Below are positions 1-9,098 of a stretch of 64,000 bases of DNA, piece by piece. The stretch covers positions 96,001 through 160,000 of the IMG/VR virus record IMGVR_UViG_3300023179_000011; one strand, given 5' to 3'. A program made the position numbers and the translations under genes. The notes under the pieces were generated by a model. That model had not been told where the DNA came from, ran no database searches, and worked only from the letters and a program-made list of their open reading frames with translations. This stretch comes from a virus. Within the stretch, counting starts at the first letter, position 1; every line of letters starts with the position of its first letter.

Positions 1-205
1 AATAAACCGGCTGCCCGGGTAACACAGAGCTGCAAATTGTCGCATCGCTGTCGACAAGAATTTTTCCAAGTGCAGACGCGTCTAAACGATCTTTGAGATA
101 ATCCGTGCGGTCTTCGAGCGTGCGGTCTGGGCGTGAAACGACACCAGCCTGTACGGGCTCGCCGGGATTGACGTGTTTAATATTGTGCAGCCAGTTACCG
201 GACAT
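1..205 (-). CDS. Putative tail fibre or baseplate-attached protein, N-terminal part (runs off the left edge)
   Basis: Not in the ORF track. ATG at 205 follows GGAGGACAAGG and reads MSGNWLHNIKHVNPGEPVQAGVVSRPDRTLEDRTDYLKDRLD..., resembling fibre N-terminal anchor motifs. It lies downstream of the baseplate genes. Confidence 0.6.
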   Translation of the reverse strand, partial: MSGNWLHNIKHVNPGEPVQAGVVSRPDRTLEDRTDYLKDRLDASALGKILVDSDATICSSVLPGQPVY

Positions 206-229
206 CCTTGTCCTCCGGCAGTTAGTTGA

Positions 230-862
230 TTACAGGAACGCGACATCCCACGTGATGCCGATTTGAGATGACGCTTCCTTGGTCACCTGATGCGAGCTGT
301 CGAATACAGTGCGCGCAAATACCACGTCTTTCGAGCGATCGTTGAGTGCCGGAGCAGCAACAAGCGCGGCAGCATATACACGACTGTTGTTGGCGCTGTT
401 AAATTGTTTTTCTTCGCCGGCATGCACAACGCGCGCCTCCGAAGTTTGCGCGAAAAACGTCAGCTGGTTGCCAGATTGATTGACCGGCAAATTTGCTTCG
501 TAACCCGTTGAAACACTAAGCGCCGGCTCAATGCTCAACGGTACTCGGATAAAATTTCGCGTGGCTGAATCGATTAATGAGTTGTAGTACGTGATATCGA
601 CATTACGCCCAAAACTTGGCGTAGAAATTTCTAACGACGGGTCCAGATTTTCGTACTCGATGTACATTGCCGAAATGTGGTAGTCGGGTCGGTCCGGCTG
701 CCGACGATAGCCAAGTTGTTTGGCCGCTATAAATCCCCAGCCATATTGAATCTGATTGGCCTGCGAGAACAGCGGCAGCTTAAGCCCGGTCTTCTCGTCA
801 ATGCGCCACACCGACACGTGTCCGCGTACGCCAAAAGCGGGGGTAATGTTATCGGCAGCCAT
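230..862 (-). CDS. Hypothetical baseplate or tail-associated protein
   Basis: 210-aa ORF, tightly packed between the wedge genes and the fibre-like gene; predicted beta-rich. Confidence 0.55.
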   Translation of the reverse strand: MAADNITPAFGVRGHVSVWRIDEKTGLKLPLFSQANQIQYGWGFIAAKQLGYRRQPDRPDYHISAMYIEYENLDPSLEISTPSFGRNVDITYYNSLIDSATRNFIRVPLSIEPALSVSTGYEANLPVNQSGNQLTFFAQTSEARVVHAGEEKQFNSANNSRVYAAALVAAPALNDRSKDVVFARTVFDSSHQVTKEASSQIGITWDVAFL

Positions 863-871
863 GTGTTGTCC

Positions 872-2593
872 TTATTGGCAAGTACCGGACACGAGTCTGG
901 CAGTGGCGCCCAAATCATGCACCAAAGACACCGGTACGTCGTCGTTTGCGGGGTTCATTCCTGTAAAGCGCGTTACGGCCTCAAAAACGGCGTCCTCTGG
1001 CATTATCTTATCTTTATCGGCCGCCAGCTCGAAAATAACGATCATTGCCGTTTGCGGCGGTAATAACTGGCGTAGATGCCTAATATTGTACAGTCCCAAA
1101 TGATTTAGCCCTAGCGCGCTTACCGAAATTCTGACTACAAATACGTTGTTTCGCAGTACATTTTCAACAAGAAAACGCAAGGGGTTAATTGTCTTCGGTA
1201 AATGGGCGGCGATAGGTTCTGTGGCGGCGTTAACGCGTTTATCGAGTAACTGCGCCAACGTGCCGATTTTGAGCCGCGGGGAGCATTCCGGCTGCGCTTT
1301 GCGAAACTCCGCTGCCTGCACGCCGCGTTCGTGAATCTCGTCAAAAAACTGCTGCACGTCTGCTGGGTAACCACCTAAGCGAAATTTTACATATGTGTAA
1401 CCGGTGTGGTGCGCAGTGTTTACTTCGAGCGGTACATTTTGATTTTCAAAGACAAGATCGCCATAAAAGCAAGACGCGAGAAACCCGCTGTCAAGCGCTA
1501 ACGCCGCAATAGCGCGACGAACAGGGCGGCAATCATCTGCGTTCGGATCGAGCAGTAATTCTTCTTCTGTTTCGGTCGCCAGCGGTTCCCACGCGTTGCT
1601 GGTCAAAATATTGTTTGGCGGCGGACAGCAGATAACTTCGCCCGGCGTTTCGCGCGCGTATGTGTTTCCAACAAAGAATTCGTATACATCTATGCCGTGG
1701 ACTAACGGCGTGCCGGCGTGGATTGTTTGACCGACCTCTACGCGCGGAACCGTGTTTTCTGCAAAACGGTAAACCGCCTTGTCCGTCACGATAAGCAGGC
1801 CGCGAGCGTCGTCGTCAACAAGCTCGACAGTTTCTACCGGTCCAACGCTAACTGGTACGCCACAGATGGCCGCAATAGCGGCATCAAGCATTGCAGCGGT
1901 AGCTCCACCCTCGACGAGACCAGAAATAATAGCGTTCGTTAGATCTTTGTATGCCTGACTTGTGCGTAGTTTGATTCCGACCGCGTAAGCAAACTGATTG
2001 AACACTGTGTTGTAATCAAACTGTCCGCAAAACCCCCACAACGTCATCTCTTCGTCGTCAGCGTTGTCAGGTGACGGTCGTTTTGTGAACACTGGGTTTT
2101 CAAACGGATCTTTAGCAAAAACAATTGCGCCGCGCGTTGTGTCGATCAGGAAATCCGAGTTTTTGATCAGTACACCCGTGGGATACGTAATACGGTTAAA
2201 CAACTGCATAACGTCGGTCAAATCGGTTGGCAGCGGAAACGAGAAAAAAGTTGTCGTTGGCGGCACGTCAAACCGCAGGCCAGAATCAAACGCCGCCGAG
2301 CTGCGATCAAACTGCGTAATCGTCGTGCGCGCTGTATTCCTCTCGGATTTCTTTAACACAATTGGTGTCAGCGTTTCAGTGTGCAGCAACGGTACGTCAA
2401 AGCGACTTAACGCCTCAATCGTTTCAATGAGGTTTTGATACGTTTGATTGACAATCTGTGCGGTTGCAATTGCGTACGAGTGCACCTGATCTACGCCCGT
2501 GTAGGTACGCGCCCAGAAACTACCCAAAGCCGCAATCAGGTTGCGGCTGCGGTCGAAATCAGACCCCGGGTACACGAATTCTGGTTTGTTCAT
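872..2593 (-). CDS. Putative baseplate wedge protein (partner of baseplate J)
   Basis: 573 aa, immediately after the baseplate J-like gene, which is the usual myophage wedge order. Confidence 0.55.
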   Translation of the reverse strand: MNKPEFVYPGSDFDRSRNLIAALGSFWARTYTGVDQVHSYAIATAQIVNQTYQNLIETIEALSRFDVPLLHTETLTPIVLKKSERNTARTTITQFDRSSAAFDSGLRFDVPPTTTFFSFPLPTDLTDVMQLFNRITYPTGVLIKNSDFLIDTTRGAIVFAKDPFENPVFTKRPSPDNADDEEMTLWGFCGQFDYNTVFNQFAYAVGIKLRTSQAYKDLTNAIISGLVEGGATAAMLDAAIAAICGVPVSVGPVETVELVDDDARGLLIVTDKAVYRFAENTVPRVEVGQTIHAGTPLVHGIDVYEFFVGNTYARETPGEVICCPPPNNILTSNAWEPLATETEEELLLDPNADDCRPVRRAIAALALDSGFLASCFYGDLVFENQNVPLEVNTAHHTGYTYVKFRLGGYPADVQQFFDEIHERGVQAAEFRKAQPECSPRLKIGTLAQLLDKRVNAATEPIAAHLPKTINPLRFLVENVLRNNVFVVRISVSALGLNHLGLYNIRHLRQLLPPQTAMIVIFELAADKDKIMPEDAVFEAVTRFTGMNPANDDVPVSLVHDLGATARLVSGTCQ

Positions 2594-2595
2594 GG

Positions 2596-4317
2596 TCAGT
2601 TAGCCCAGCCAGCAGAGACAACAGACACCGACACGTCTTGAGGCCCCGTTAAAAACACAGTCGTTCGGCCGGTGACTAAGCGTGCTGCGTCCGTTGGTAG
2701 TTTCAAAATTGTGTTGTCACGTACATATGTGATGCTGCCGTCAGGGCGCCTAATGCGGCCAAACATATCAATACCGCCAAGCGCTTGCTGGCTCGACAGG
2801 TGTTTGTGCGCCGCGTTACTGATAACCGACGCATGCAGCTGGCCGGAGAAACCGACGCCAGCAACGGCAGCGCTGACGCTCTTTTGAATGGCTTCAATAT
2901 CGGGCGTAGCGGCGGCGGGGCTTTTACGGATCTCAAACGAAATTTTTGTGAAACACGGTACGGCGGCTTTTATAAGCACGTCAGCAGCGCGCGGGCGAGT
3001 GTCGCGTCCGGCAAAATAATCTTGCAGCTCACCGATCAGAGGCATGCCCGTCGTTGTGACGGCGTACCATTTTTTTGTCTGGTTTGGAATTAACGCAGCC
3101 GCGGGCTGAATGTCGGTGTTCACAAAACGAATAATTGCCGCCTGATATCGTGTATATGCGCTTTCGTGGAGATACAGCACATCTGGCACGAAGTCCAGCT
3201 CTAAAAAATCGGCTGTTCGTGTATCTTGCAGCACAGAGTAATTTGCTTGCGGCGAGCCGGCTAGCGCCGGATCTACAACCCGTGTAACCTCATAAAATCC
3301 GGGTGCCGCGTTTCGACCAATCGACACTTGCCATACCGTGCCAGTGGGCGTACCGCCGACCAGCGCCTGTTCGTCGCAGTTCCCGGTCTGGTTTGTCGGC
3401 GGCGTGTACGGACCAACGTAAGTTGCCTCTAGCAAATGCTCGATTTCTTGTGCGTACGCATTAGTCTGTGCGTAGATGTCAACTTTTCCGCCGCTAGAGA
3501 TCGGAAAAAGCGAGTGCTGATCGCGCTGCTGCTCGGCGTCACCGCACCCCAGTACAGACAAATGCTTAGTGTTTTTAAAGACTGGCTGCGCCATGACCGC
3601 GGCAACATAACTGGCGCGGCTTCCAACAGTCTTAGCCGCTAACCCTGTTGCCAGCCGGGCTAAATACTCTTCGTTGGTGGCCGGGTCGCGTCCGTCGATA
3701 AAATCTGTAGCGGCAAAAGCAGCTGCCACATTATTTAAAAGGTTGTCAGGAATCAGATTAACGCCACGCTTGATGTTACCCGCCGCGCCAATTGAAAGCG
3801 CCACTACGTTAACAGTGGCTGCAAAAGTACCGTCACCAACCGGGATCATTTTGCGTTGATTCGCGTTGGTTAGTACGTCGGTCGTTGTTGTAGGCAATAC
3901 AAGAAAAGACCCGGTCGGCACAAAAATAGTTTCAGCGTCTTCGGCTGTAAATCGCACATTGTCAGGAATCTCAGTGCGTACGTCCGAATTGAAAATGAGC
4001 GTAATTGACCCGACAGCGGGCGTGCCGTTGTCGCGCGGCACATTAAAATTAGACAACACTTGATCGACAATCTCTGGGTCGGCGAGCGTTGGGTCTTGTG
4101 TGATTTTTAATAGGCTGTTGCTTTGCTGGACGCGTGCGATATTTTCTTGAATAGCGGCGTTTAACAAACCGTCAAAATACAGCACAAGGTCGTGGAATAC
4201 ACCGCGTGTCAGCTCAACCTCTGGGTGGCGCTCCGCCATAAGCTGCGACAACGTCGCAACCATTTCTTGCACCTTAGTCGGGCTAAGCTGCGTTAAACTA
4301 GTTATTTCAATCGGCAT
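2596..4317 (-). CDS. Baseplate J / gp6-like wedge protein
   Basis: N-terminal 'LSQLMAERHPEVELTRGVFHDLVL', central 'ALSIGAAGNI...GRDPATNEEYLARL...VGSRASY' motifs typical of baseplate J; follows a gp25-like gene. Confidence 0.8.
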   Translation of the reverse strand: MPIEITSLTQLSPTKVQEMVATLSQLMAERHPEVELTRGVFHDLVLYFDGLLNAAIQENIARVQQSNSLLKITQDPTLADPEIVDQVLSNFNVPRDNGTPAVGSITLIFNSDVRTEIPDNVRFTAEDAETIFVPTGSFLVLPTTTTDVLTNANQRKMIPVGDGTFAATVNVVALSIGAAGNIKRGVNLIPDNLLNNVAAAFAATDFIDGRDPATNEEYLARLATGLAAKTVGSRASYVAAVMAQPVFKNTKHLSVLGCGDAEQQRDQHSLFPISSGGKVDIYAQTNAYAQEIEHLLEATYVGPYTPPTNQTGNCDEQALVGGTPTGTVWQVSIGRNAAPGFYEVTRVVDPALAGSPQANYSVLQDTRTADFLELDFVPDVLYLHESAYTRYQAAIIRFVNTDIQPAAALIPNQTKKWYAVTTTGMPLIGELQDYFAGRDTRPRAADVLIKAAVPCFTKISFEIRKSPAAATPDIEAIQKSVSAAVAGVGFSGQLHASVISNAAHKHLSSQQALGGIDMFGRIRRPDGSITYVRDNTILKLPTDAARLVTGRTTVFLTGPQDVSVSVVSAGWAN

Positions 4318-4318
4318 A

Positions 4319-4792
4319 TTACACCTGTGGCAGCGTGGCTACCGGTAAAATCACAACCCGCTCGTCGCCGGCGATGCTTGTAATCATAACACGCATGTTT
4401 AAATATCCCGGCAGGATTGCGACAGATAATAATTCGGCGTCATCAAACCGCTCGTCGTCCGGCATTCCTTCGTATTCTTCGTTTTGCAGTGTGGCGCGTA
4501 ATCGTAGATTTGCGGCGTAAAAATTCTGGGTAACATCGAGCTGGTTGCGCATTTGTCCTTGCCGGACCAGCGTCATAAAGTCGGTGCCGCGGTTTGGTAG
4601 CCCGGGCATGGAGCCGATCTCTGTCAAAAACTCTAGCGCCCAGCGTTGTGCTAGCTTTTGAATGCCGACACAAATAAGCCCGCTGTTGTCTTCGTCATAT
4701 AAAACGAGACCGAGTTTGTTGTCGCGCGCAGTGTTGACGTTCTGTAGCGCGAGATAGTCATATTTGCGGTTTGCAAAGTCAGCTAGACTCAT
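4319..4792 (-). CDS. gp25-like baseplate wedge / sheath initiator
   Basis: 157 aa with 'GIQKLAQRWALEFLTEIGSMPGLPNRGTDF', a typical gp25-family pattern, placed before baseplate J. Confidence 0.7.
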   Translation of the reverse strand: MSLADFANRKYDYLALQNVNTARDNKLGLVLYDEDNSGLICVGIQKLAQRWALEFLTEIGSMPGLPNRGTDFMTLVRQGQMRNQLDVTQNFYAANLRLRATLQNEEYEGMPDDERFDDAELLSVAILPGYLNMRVMITSIAGDERVVILPVATLPQV

Positions 4793-4794
4793 TG

Positions 4795-5277
4795 TTAACC
4801 TCCGGCCGCGCCGGCATCGATATGCGTCTGTACGTTGTCTTTGAAGAACGAAAACACGCTGACTTTCGCCTTACCGTGCCCGTTCAGGCGTCCGTGCATG
4901 AACGACATACACCGCGCGTAGCTTGCATGTCGCGTCCGCCACGCGCGCTCTTCTACCGCCATAAAGTCTGCCTGCCACTTCATCGCGATTAAATCGCCGG
5001 TTGTTCCGCCCTGCTTCTCTGGTCCGGCAAGCACAGAGTCCGAGTAAATCTGATTAATGTTGTTGCGGTCCCAGCTCGGAAAACTCATACCGGGAACGTC
5101 AAGCAGTTCTTTTGTTTTAATCTCGTCTGGTGTGTGCCAAGGGCGCCACTCCGTCATGTAGTTTTTGAAGACTTCAGCCATTTTCTTGGCGCGTTCTTCC
5201 AGCTGGTCGATACGGGCCTGAAACTTCCCGTCAACCTGCCCCTTTTTTGCGCCGAGGCCGGGTTTTTCTTCTGCCAT
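4795..5277 (-). CDS. Hypothetical protein
   Basis: 160-aa ORF with an AGGAG ribosome-binding site and tight packing; no recognisable motif. Confidence 0.6.
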   Translation of the reverse strand: MAEEKPGLGAKKGQVDGKFQARIDQLEERAKKMAEVFKNYMTEWRPWHTPDEIKTKELLDVPGMSFPSWDRNNINQIYSDSVLAGPEKQGGTTGDLIAMKWQADFMAVEERAWRTRHASYARCMSFMHGRLNGHGKAKVSVFSFFKDNVQTHIDAGAAGG

Positions 5278-5286
5278 GACCGCTCC

Positions 5287-6108
5287 TTAAAAATTGCCCT
5301 GCGTATATTGTTTATCGAGCATCGCTTGAATCTTGGCCGCGCGTTGACTTACCGCGCCCGGCGTGATATTTAATCGGCGCGCAATTTCTTGCGTGCTTGT
5401 TTTTCTTCGCCCATTTCGGCCGAGCGTCATATCTGCAATTAACTTGTCAACCGGGCCGAGATCTTCGTAAACAAAGTTAAACCAAGCGTCGGCTGATCGG
5501 TTACTGTTTGGAATCGTGCTGGCGACATCGCCGCCATAGCTTTCTTCGTCGGTGACTTCGCGCGTCGTCATACCCTCTGACACTGGCTGGTTAAACGCGC
5601 GTATTTTTTGAATGCGGCGTTTTGACAAACCGGTGTGATCGGCCAGTTCGTCGTCGGTAGGGTCGCGACCTAGCTGGTCGTATAGCTCCGATTCGCTCTC
5701 TGTTAGCCGGCCGTAATCAAGCCCGACTTGCTCAGGAATCGAAATGATGTTTTGCGCCTGTGCAGACATGCGGCGCAAACTCTGCAGCTGTGACAGCAGG
5801 TGCGTGCGCACATTGCCACGTTGCGGATCGTAGCTATCCAGCGCCTTGAGTGCCATAAGCCGCGCCTTAGATTTAATTGTCGGGCTGGCGTTTTGTCCGG
5901 CGTAGCTCATCACGGCCGTGTCAATAACCGGCTGAAGTGTTCCTAGCAGCGCCGTATTTGTTTCCGGCGTTTTAGTGTGCTGCCACTGAGCGTACGCGTT
6001 ATCAAAGTCGGTACTGACGCCGGTCGGCCTACGGGTCGAGAAGGGCGCCGGTACGTCGCCCAGAATAGACGGCATGCCCGCTGGCGTACTGGTTTTGTTA
6101 TCAGCCAT
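5287..6108 (-). CDS. Sigma70-family RNA polymerase sigma factor
   Basis: Region 2-like 'LKALDSYDPQRGNVRTHL', region 3 'LGRDPTDDELADHTGLSKRRI', region 4 HTH 'STQEIARRLNITPGAVSQ'. Confidence 0.85.
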   Translation of the reverse strand: MADNKTSTPAGMPSILGDVPAPFSTRRPTGVSTDFDNAYAQWQHTKTPETNTALLGTLQPVIDTAVMSYAGQNASPTIKSKARLMALKALDSYDPQRGNVRTHLLSQLQSLRRMSAQAQNIISIPEQVGLDYGRLTESESELYDQLGRDPTDDELADHTGLSKRRIQKIRAFNQPVSEGMTTREVTDEESYGGDVASTIPNSNRSADAWFNFVYEDLGPVDKLIADMTLGRNGRRKTSTQEIARRLNITPGAVSQRAAKIQAMLDKQYTQGNF

Positions 6109-6120
6109 GATGCGCCGCCT

Positions 6121-7743
6121 TTAAATGTTACCTAATGGCCCGCCGGGCCACTTTGATTCTTCGCGATAAAGCGGCGGGTACGTTTGTGATATGTATTTTG
6201 TGTCTTCATCTTCTTCTTCAGTGCGCGTGTATGAGAGCGCAAAGGACGTTCCCGCCAGCGCCCGCTCAGCGTTGATCGCGTACGATACTTGTGTTACTGC
6301 GGCAATTATCGCGCCATCTGATTGAATTTCTGAGTCGGGCAGCTCAATTCTAACAATACTGCCCGGAGCAATATCAAACCGTAACTTGCCTGAGAGTTCT
6401 CCGTAACGTTGGCTCAAAAACTCGGTTTTGTAAAAGTGTTCTGCAAAACGTTCGCCGGCGCCATCGTAAATTTGTTGCGCTACGTCGGGCGCTAAATACC
6501 AATCCGGCGGCGGCGAGTCCTTGGCTTCGCCGCGGGCTAGACAATCACCGGGCGCAGGGCCTTTAATGCCGGTAGTGGGTCCCGTAAAAATTGGCCACGG
6601 CGCCATGCTAGCCAGCCACGACGGCAAATCTTTAAACAGCTTTAAACCCGCACGTTCTTCGTCAAAGTTTTCTGGCGGCGGGTACTGCCCGGCGGGGTTA
6701 GTAAAAAGGGCGGAGTTTTTTACCTTTCCGCCTATGCCGAGCATTGGATCCATCTGCCACGGCCAAAACGCAACTACGCTGTCAATCAATTGACTCATAG
6801 TTGCGTTAAAATTTGCATAACTGTAGTCGTCCGCTTTGATTACATATGTTTTATTTCCGTCGTGTTTTAATCCACCAAAAAACGGAATCACAGACGCGTG
6901 CTCGATTGCCGGCGACACGGCAAAGAAAAATTGCGGCGCATATTCGCCAACAAGTTTGCCCCAAAACGATGTATAAGCGAAAGACTCTAGCGCGTCTTTT
7001 GTGAGCGCTGAGCGCATCGCTAGTGTTATGTTGTTGCCTTCTAAGCCCGCTAAATTCAAACCTAGCGGCGGCGCGCCGGTTTTTCCTCCAGCTACAGCCA
7101 TTTTTTCAAGCGCTTTGAGCGCGGCGTCGTTTTTTCGTCCATTTGATAAGTCGTACGTGCATAGTGCTTCAAAAATAGGTTTAATCACTAGTGCCCATAA
7201 ATCATTGGCGATGTTGGCAATTTTGATAATATCCCCGTTAGCGTCGATGATTGGTACTGGAGATGTAGTTGTTCCTTCTTTTTGAAGCGACAAAAATGCG
7301 GCATTTGTCGCCATTAAAAAAGGAGCGTTTTGAAACCACTTGCCGTTGAGCGCCGACGAGTTGTTTAAATCGTCAAGCCAATGAATAAGCTGCAGCACAT
7401 AGTTAGCGCTATTATGGGAGCGCTGATACCCGATGCCGGCAACCATGCCTTCAAATATCAAAAACGTATCCGATTCCATCTTGTCTGTCTGGCCCGCCTC
7501 GGTAGATATATCGAGCCACACCTTAACGCGATCACGCGGTTTGATTTGTTTACGTAGCTTATGAATTGTAGCTTCGCGCGTGCCGCCCGATGCGGCGTCG
7601 TATCCGACGGCAACCGTGAGCGACGCAGTTGGAATACTGTTCAACCCAAACGTCGCGGAAATTGCGACAATGTCGTCAAACACGGTTCCTGCAATTTCTG
7701 CAGTTATTCGAAACTTCGAGTAGACGTACGGAGCCTTAGCCAT
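6121..7743 (-). CDS. Putative baseplate hub protein (gp27-like)
   Basis: 540 aa. N-terminal 'ISATFGLNSIPTASLTVAVG...IFEGMVAG' and C-terminal 'GKLRFDIAPGSIVRIE...AAVTQVSYAI' match hub barrel patterns; lies downstream of the tape measure. Confidence 0.6.
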   Translation of the reverse strand: MAKAPYVYSKFRITAEIAGTVFDDIVAISATFGLNSIPTASLTVAVGYDAASGGTREATIHKLRKQIKPRDRVKVWLDISTEAGQTDKMESDTFLIFEGMVAGIGYQRSHNSANYVLQLIHWLDDLNNSSALNGKWFQNAPFLMATNAAFLSLQKEGTTTSPVPIIDANGDIIKIANIANDLWALVIKPIFEALCTYDLSNGRKNDAALKALEKMAVAGGKTGAPPLGLNLAGLEGNNITLAMRSALTKDALESFAYTSFWGKLVGEYAPQFFFAVSPAIEHASVIPFFGGLKHDGNKTYVIKADDYSYANFNATMSQLIDSVVAFWPWQMDPMLGIGGKVKNSALFTNPAGQYPPPENFDEERAGLKLFKDLPSWLASMAPWPIFTGPTTGIKGPAPGDCLARGEAKDSPPPDWYLAPDVAQQIYDGAGERFAEHFYKTEFLSQRYGELSGKLRFDIAPGSIVRIELPDSEIQSDGAIIAAVTQVSYAINAERALAGTSFALSYTRTEEEDEDTKYISQTYPPLYREESKWPGGPLGNI

Positions 7744-8629
7744 TTGTATGCCTTCTTACGCTTTCCATACGGTAAATAAACGCCAGCACTAACCCGGCAA
7801 GTCGGTATGCCGGGAGCGGATGATCAAACCACAGATTTTTGAATGTCGCATATGGTTGCGCGTCGTCAAGGCCAAACAGCTCAATAAACACAGGCTCGCC
7901 GATCAGCTCCAGTGTCGGAAGCAGCGTTGTGATCGCGGGCGCCGGGTTGGCGTTTAAAGCGATGTACCAACGACCATTAAATGTTGTTGGATCTGTCGTC
8001 AACCGCTCTAGCCTTAATTTGATATCTGTTTCCGGTAGGGTAATGACGGGCAGCTCGCCAGCCGACCGTTCTCGTGTGCGGGGTGCGGGGTCGTATACGG
8101 TTTGCGTCGTTAAAAACACCTCAGCGTCTGGATCAAGTTCTTTGAGCAGCACACCGCGATTGTTTTCTAGCGTTAAAAAATCGTCTTCTTCCGTCTCCAG
8201 TGGTTCGGGCGGGGCTGGATACAAACCCATTGTGTACTGGCGGTTTGCGCGCCCTGTGCTGTTGCTAGCAATAAACTCACCACCAATTGCAACACTTCTC
8301 GTCGCACCGGCCATTTGCGTGACGCGTAACGACGGCTGATATTTAAACTCGTTTTCTGCGGGTTCTGGCCAATACGTCACGCGGTTGTCGAGTTTATACA
8401 AATATTCGACCGCGGGGGTTTGATGAATATAGCTGAGTAGTTCTCGTGCGCGCAGATTCAAAAACCGCTGATCTGGGCTGCTGCCAAACAATACGCGGCG
8501 CACCGTGCTCAGTACGGTCGGCAGCACCAGCGGCCGAAACGTTGGCGGAATGTACTCATATCCTGCCTGTTGTTTCTGCGCGCTTTGCGCCCAGATGTTT
8601 AAAAGTAGTGTTCGGCCGTGATTGATCAT
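7736..8629 (-). CDS. Hypothetical tail or baseplate protein
   Basis: ORF track gives 7736..8674. The likelier start is ATG 8629 (MINHGR), adjacent to the upstream stop. Confidence 0.55.
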   Translation of the reverse strand: MINHGRTLLLNIWAQSAQKQQAGYEYIPPTFRPLVLPTVLSTVRRVLFGSSPDQRFLNLRARELLSYIHQTPAVEYLYKLDNRVTYWPEPAENEFKYQPSLRVTQMAGATRSVAIGGEFIASNSTGRANRQYTMGLYPAPPEPLETEEDDFLTLENNRGVLLKELDPDAEVFLTTQTVYDPAPRTRERSAGELPVITLPETDIKLRLERLTTDPTTFNGRWYIALNANPAPAITTLLPTLELIGEPVFIELFGLDDAQPYATFKNLWFDHPLPAYRLAGLVLAFIYRMESVRRHTNG

Positions 8630-8630
8630 G

Positions 8631-9095
8631 TTAATTTTTTGGCACAATGTTGAAACGGAGCGACCACTGGCCAACCAGTGTCTGCGGGTCCTGCAACTCT
8701 AAACGCATGCCAGTTAGAAACGCCCAAAACGTAGAGTTCGCGCAGTCACCAATTGTGACGGACATTTTGCCGTTTTTTTTGATTCGATTTTTTTGATAGA
8801 AGTCATAGACGTTACAGAGTTTTGCACTGTTAGCCCCGGGACACGGTTTTACAAAACCGAAGCCAGATACGGTTAGCTCGCCGACGCGGTCACCAAACGC
8901 GTACACGTAAATGAAATCATTGACCGTGTGAAGGAATTGATAATTACCGTTCAGTTCCAACGCGAAACCGCTGGTCGGCGCAGTTAACTGGCCGCCATTT
9001 ACATCGTTAAATTTGATTTTGAATACATCACCGGTGCAATTCTTGGGCTTGATAATTGCCACTGCCCCGGCGCATGGAGTAAAAGCTACTGGCAT
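8631..9095 (-). CDS. Putative tail tube initiator (tube-fold protein)
   Basis: 154 aa right after the tape measure; 'YVYAFGDRVGELTVSG' resembles tube-fold proteins. Confidence 0.55.
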   Translation of the reverse strand: MPVAFTPCAGAVAIIKPKNCTGDVFKIKFNDVNGGQLTAPTSGFALELNGNYQFLHTVNDFIYVYAFGDRVGELTVSGFGFVKPCPGANSAKLCNVYDFYQKNRIKKNGKMSVTIGDCANSTFWAFLTGMRLELQDPQTLVGQWSLRFNIVPKN

Positions 9096-9098
9096 GTG

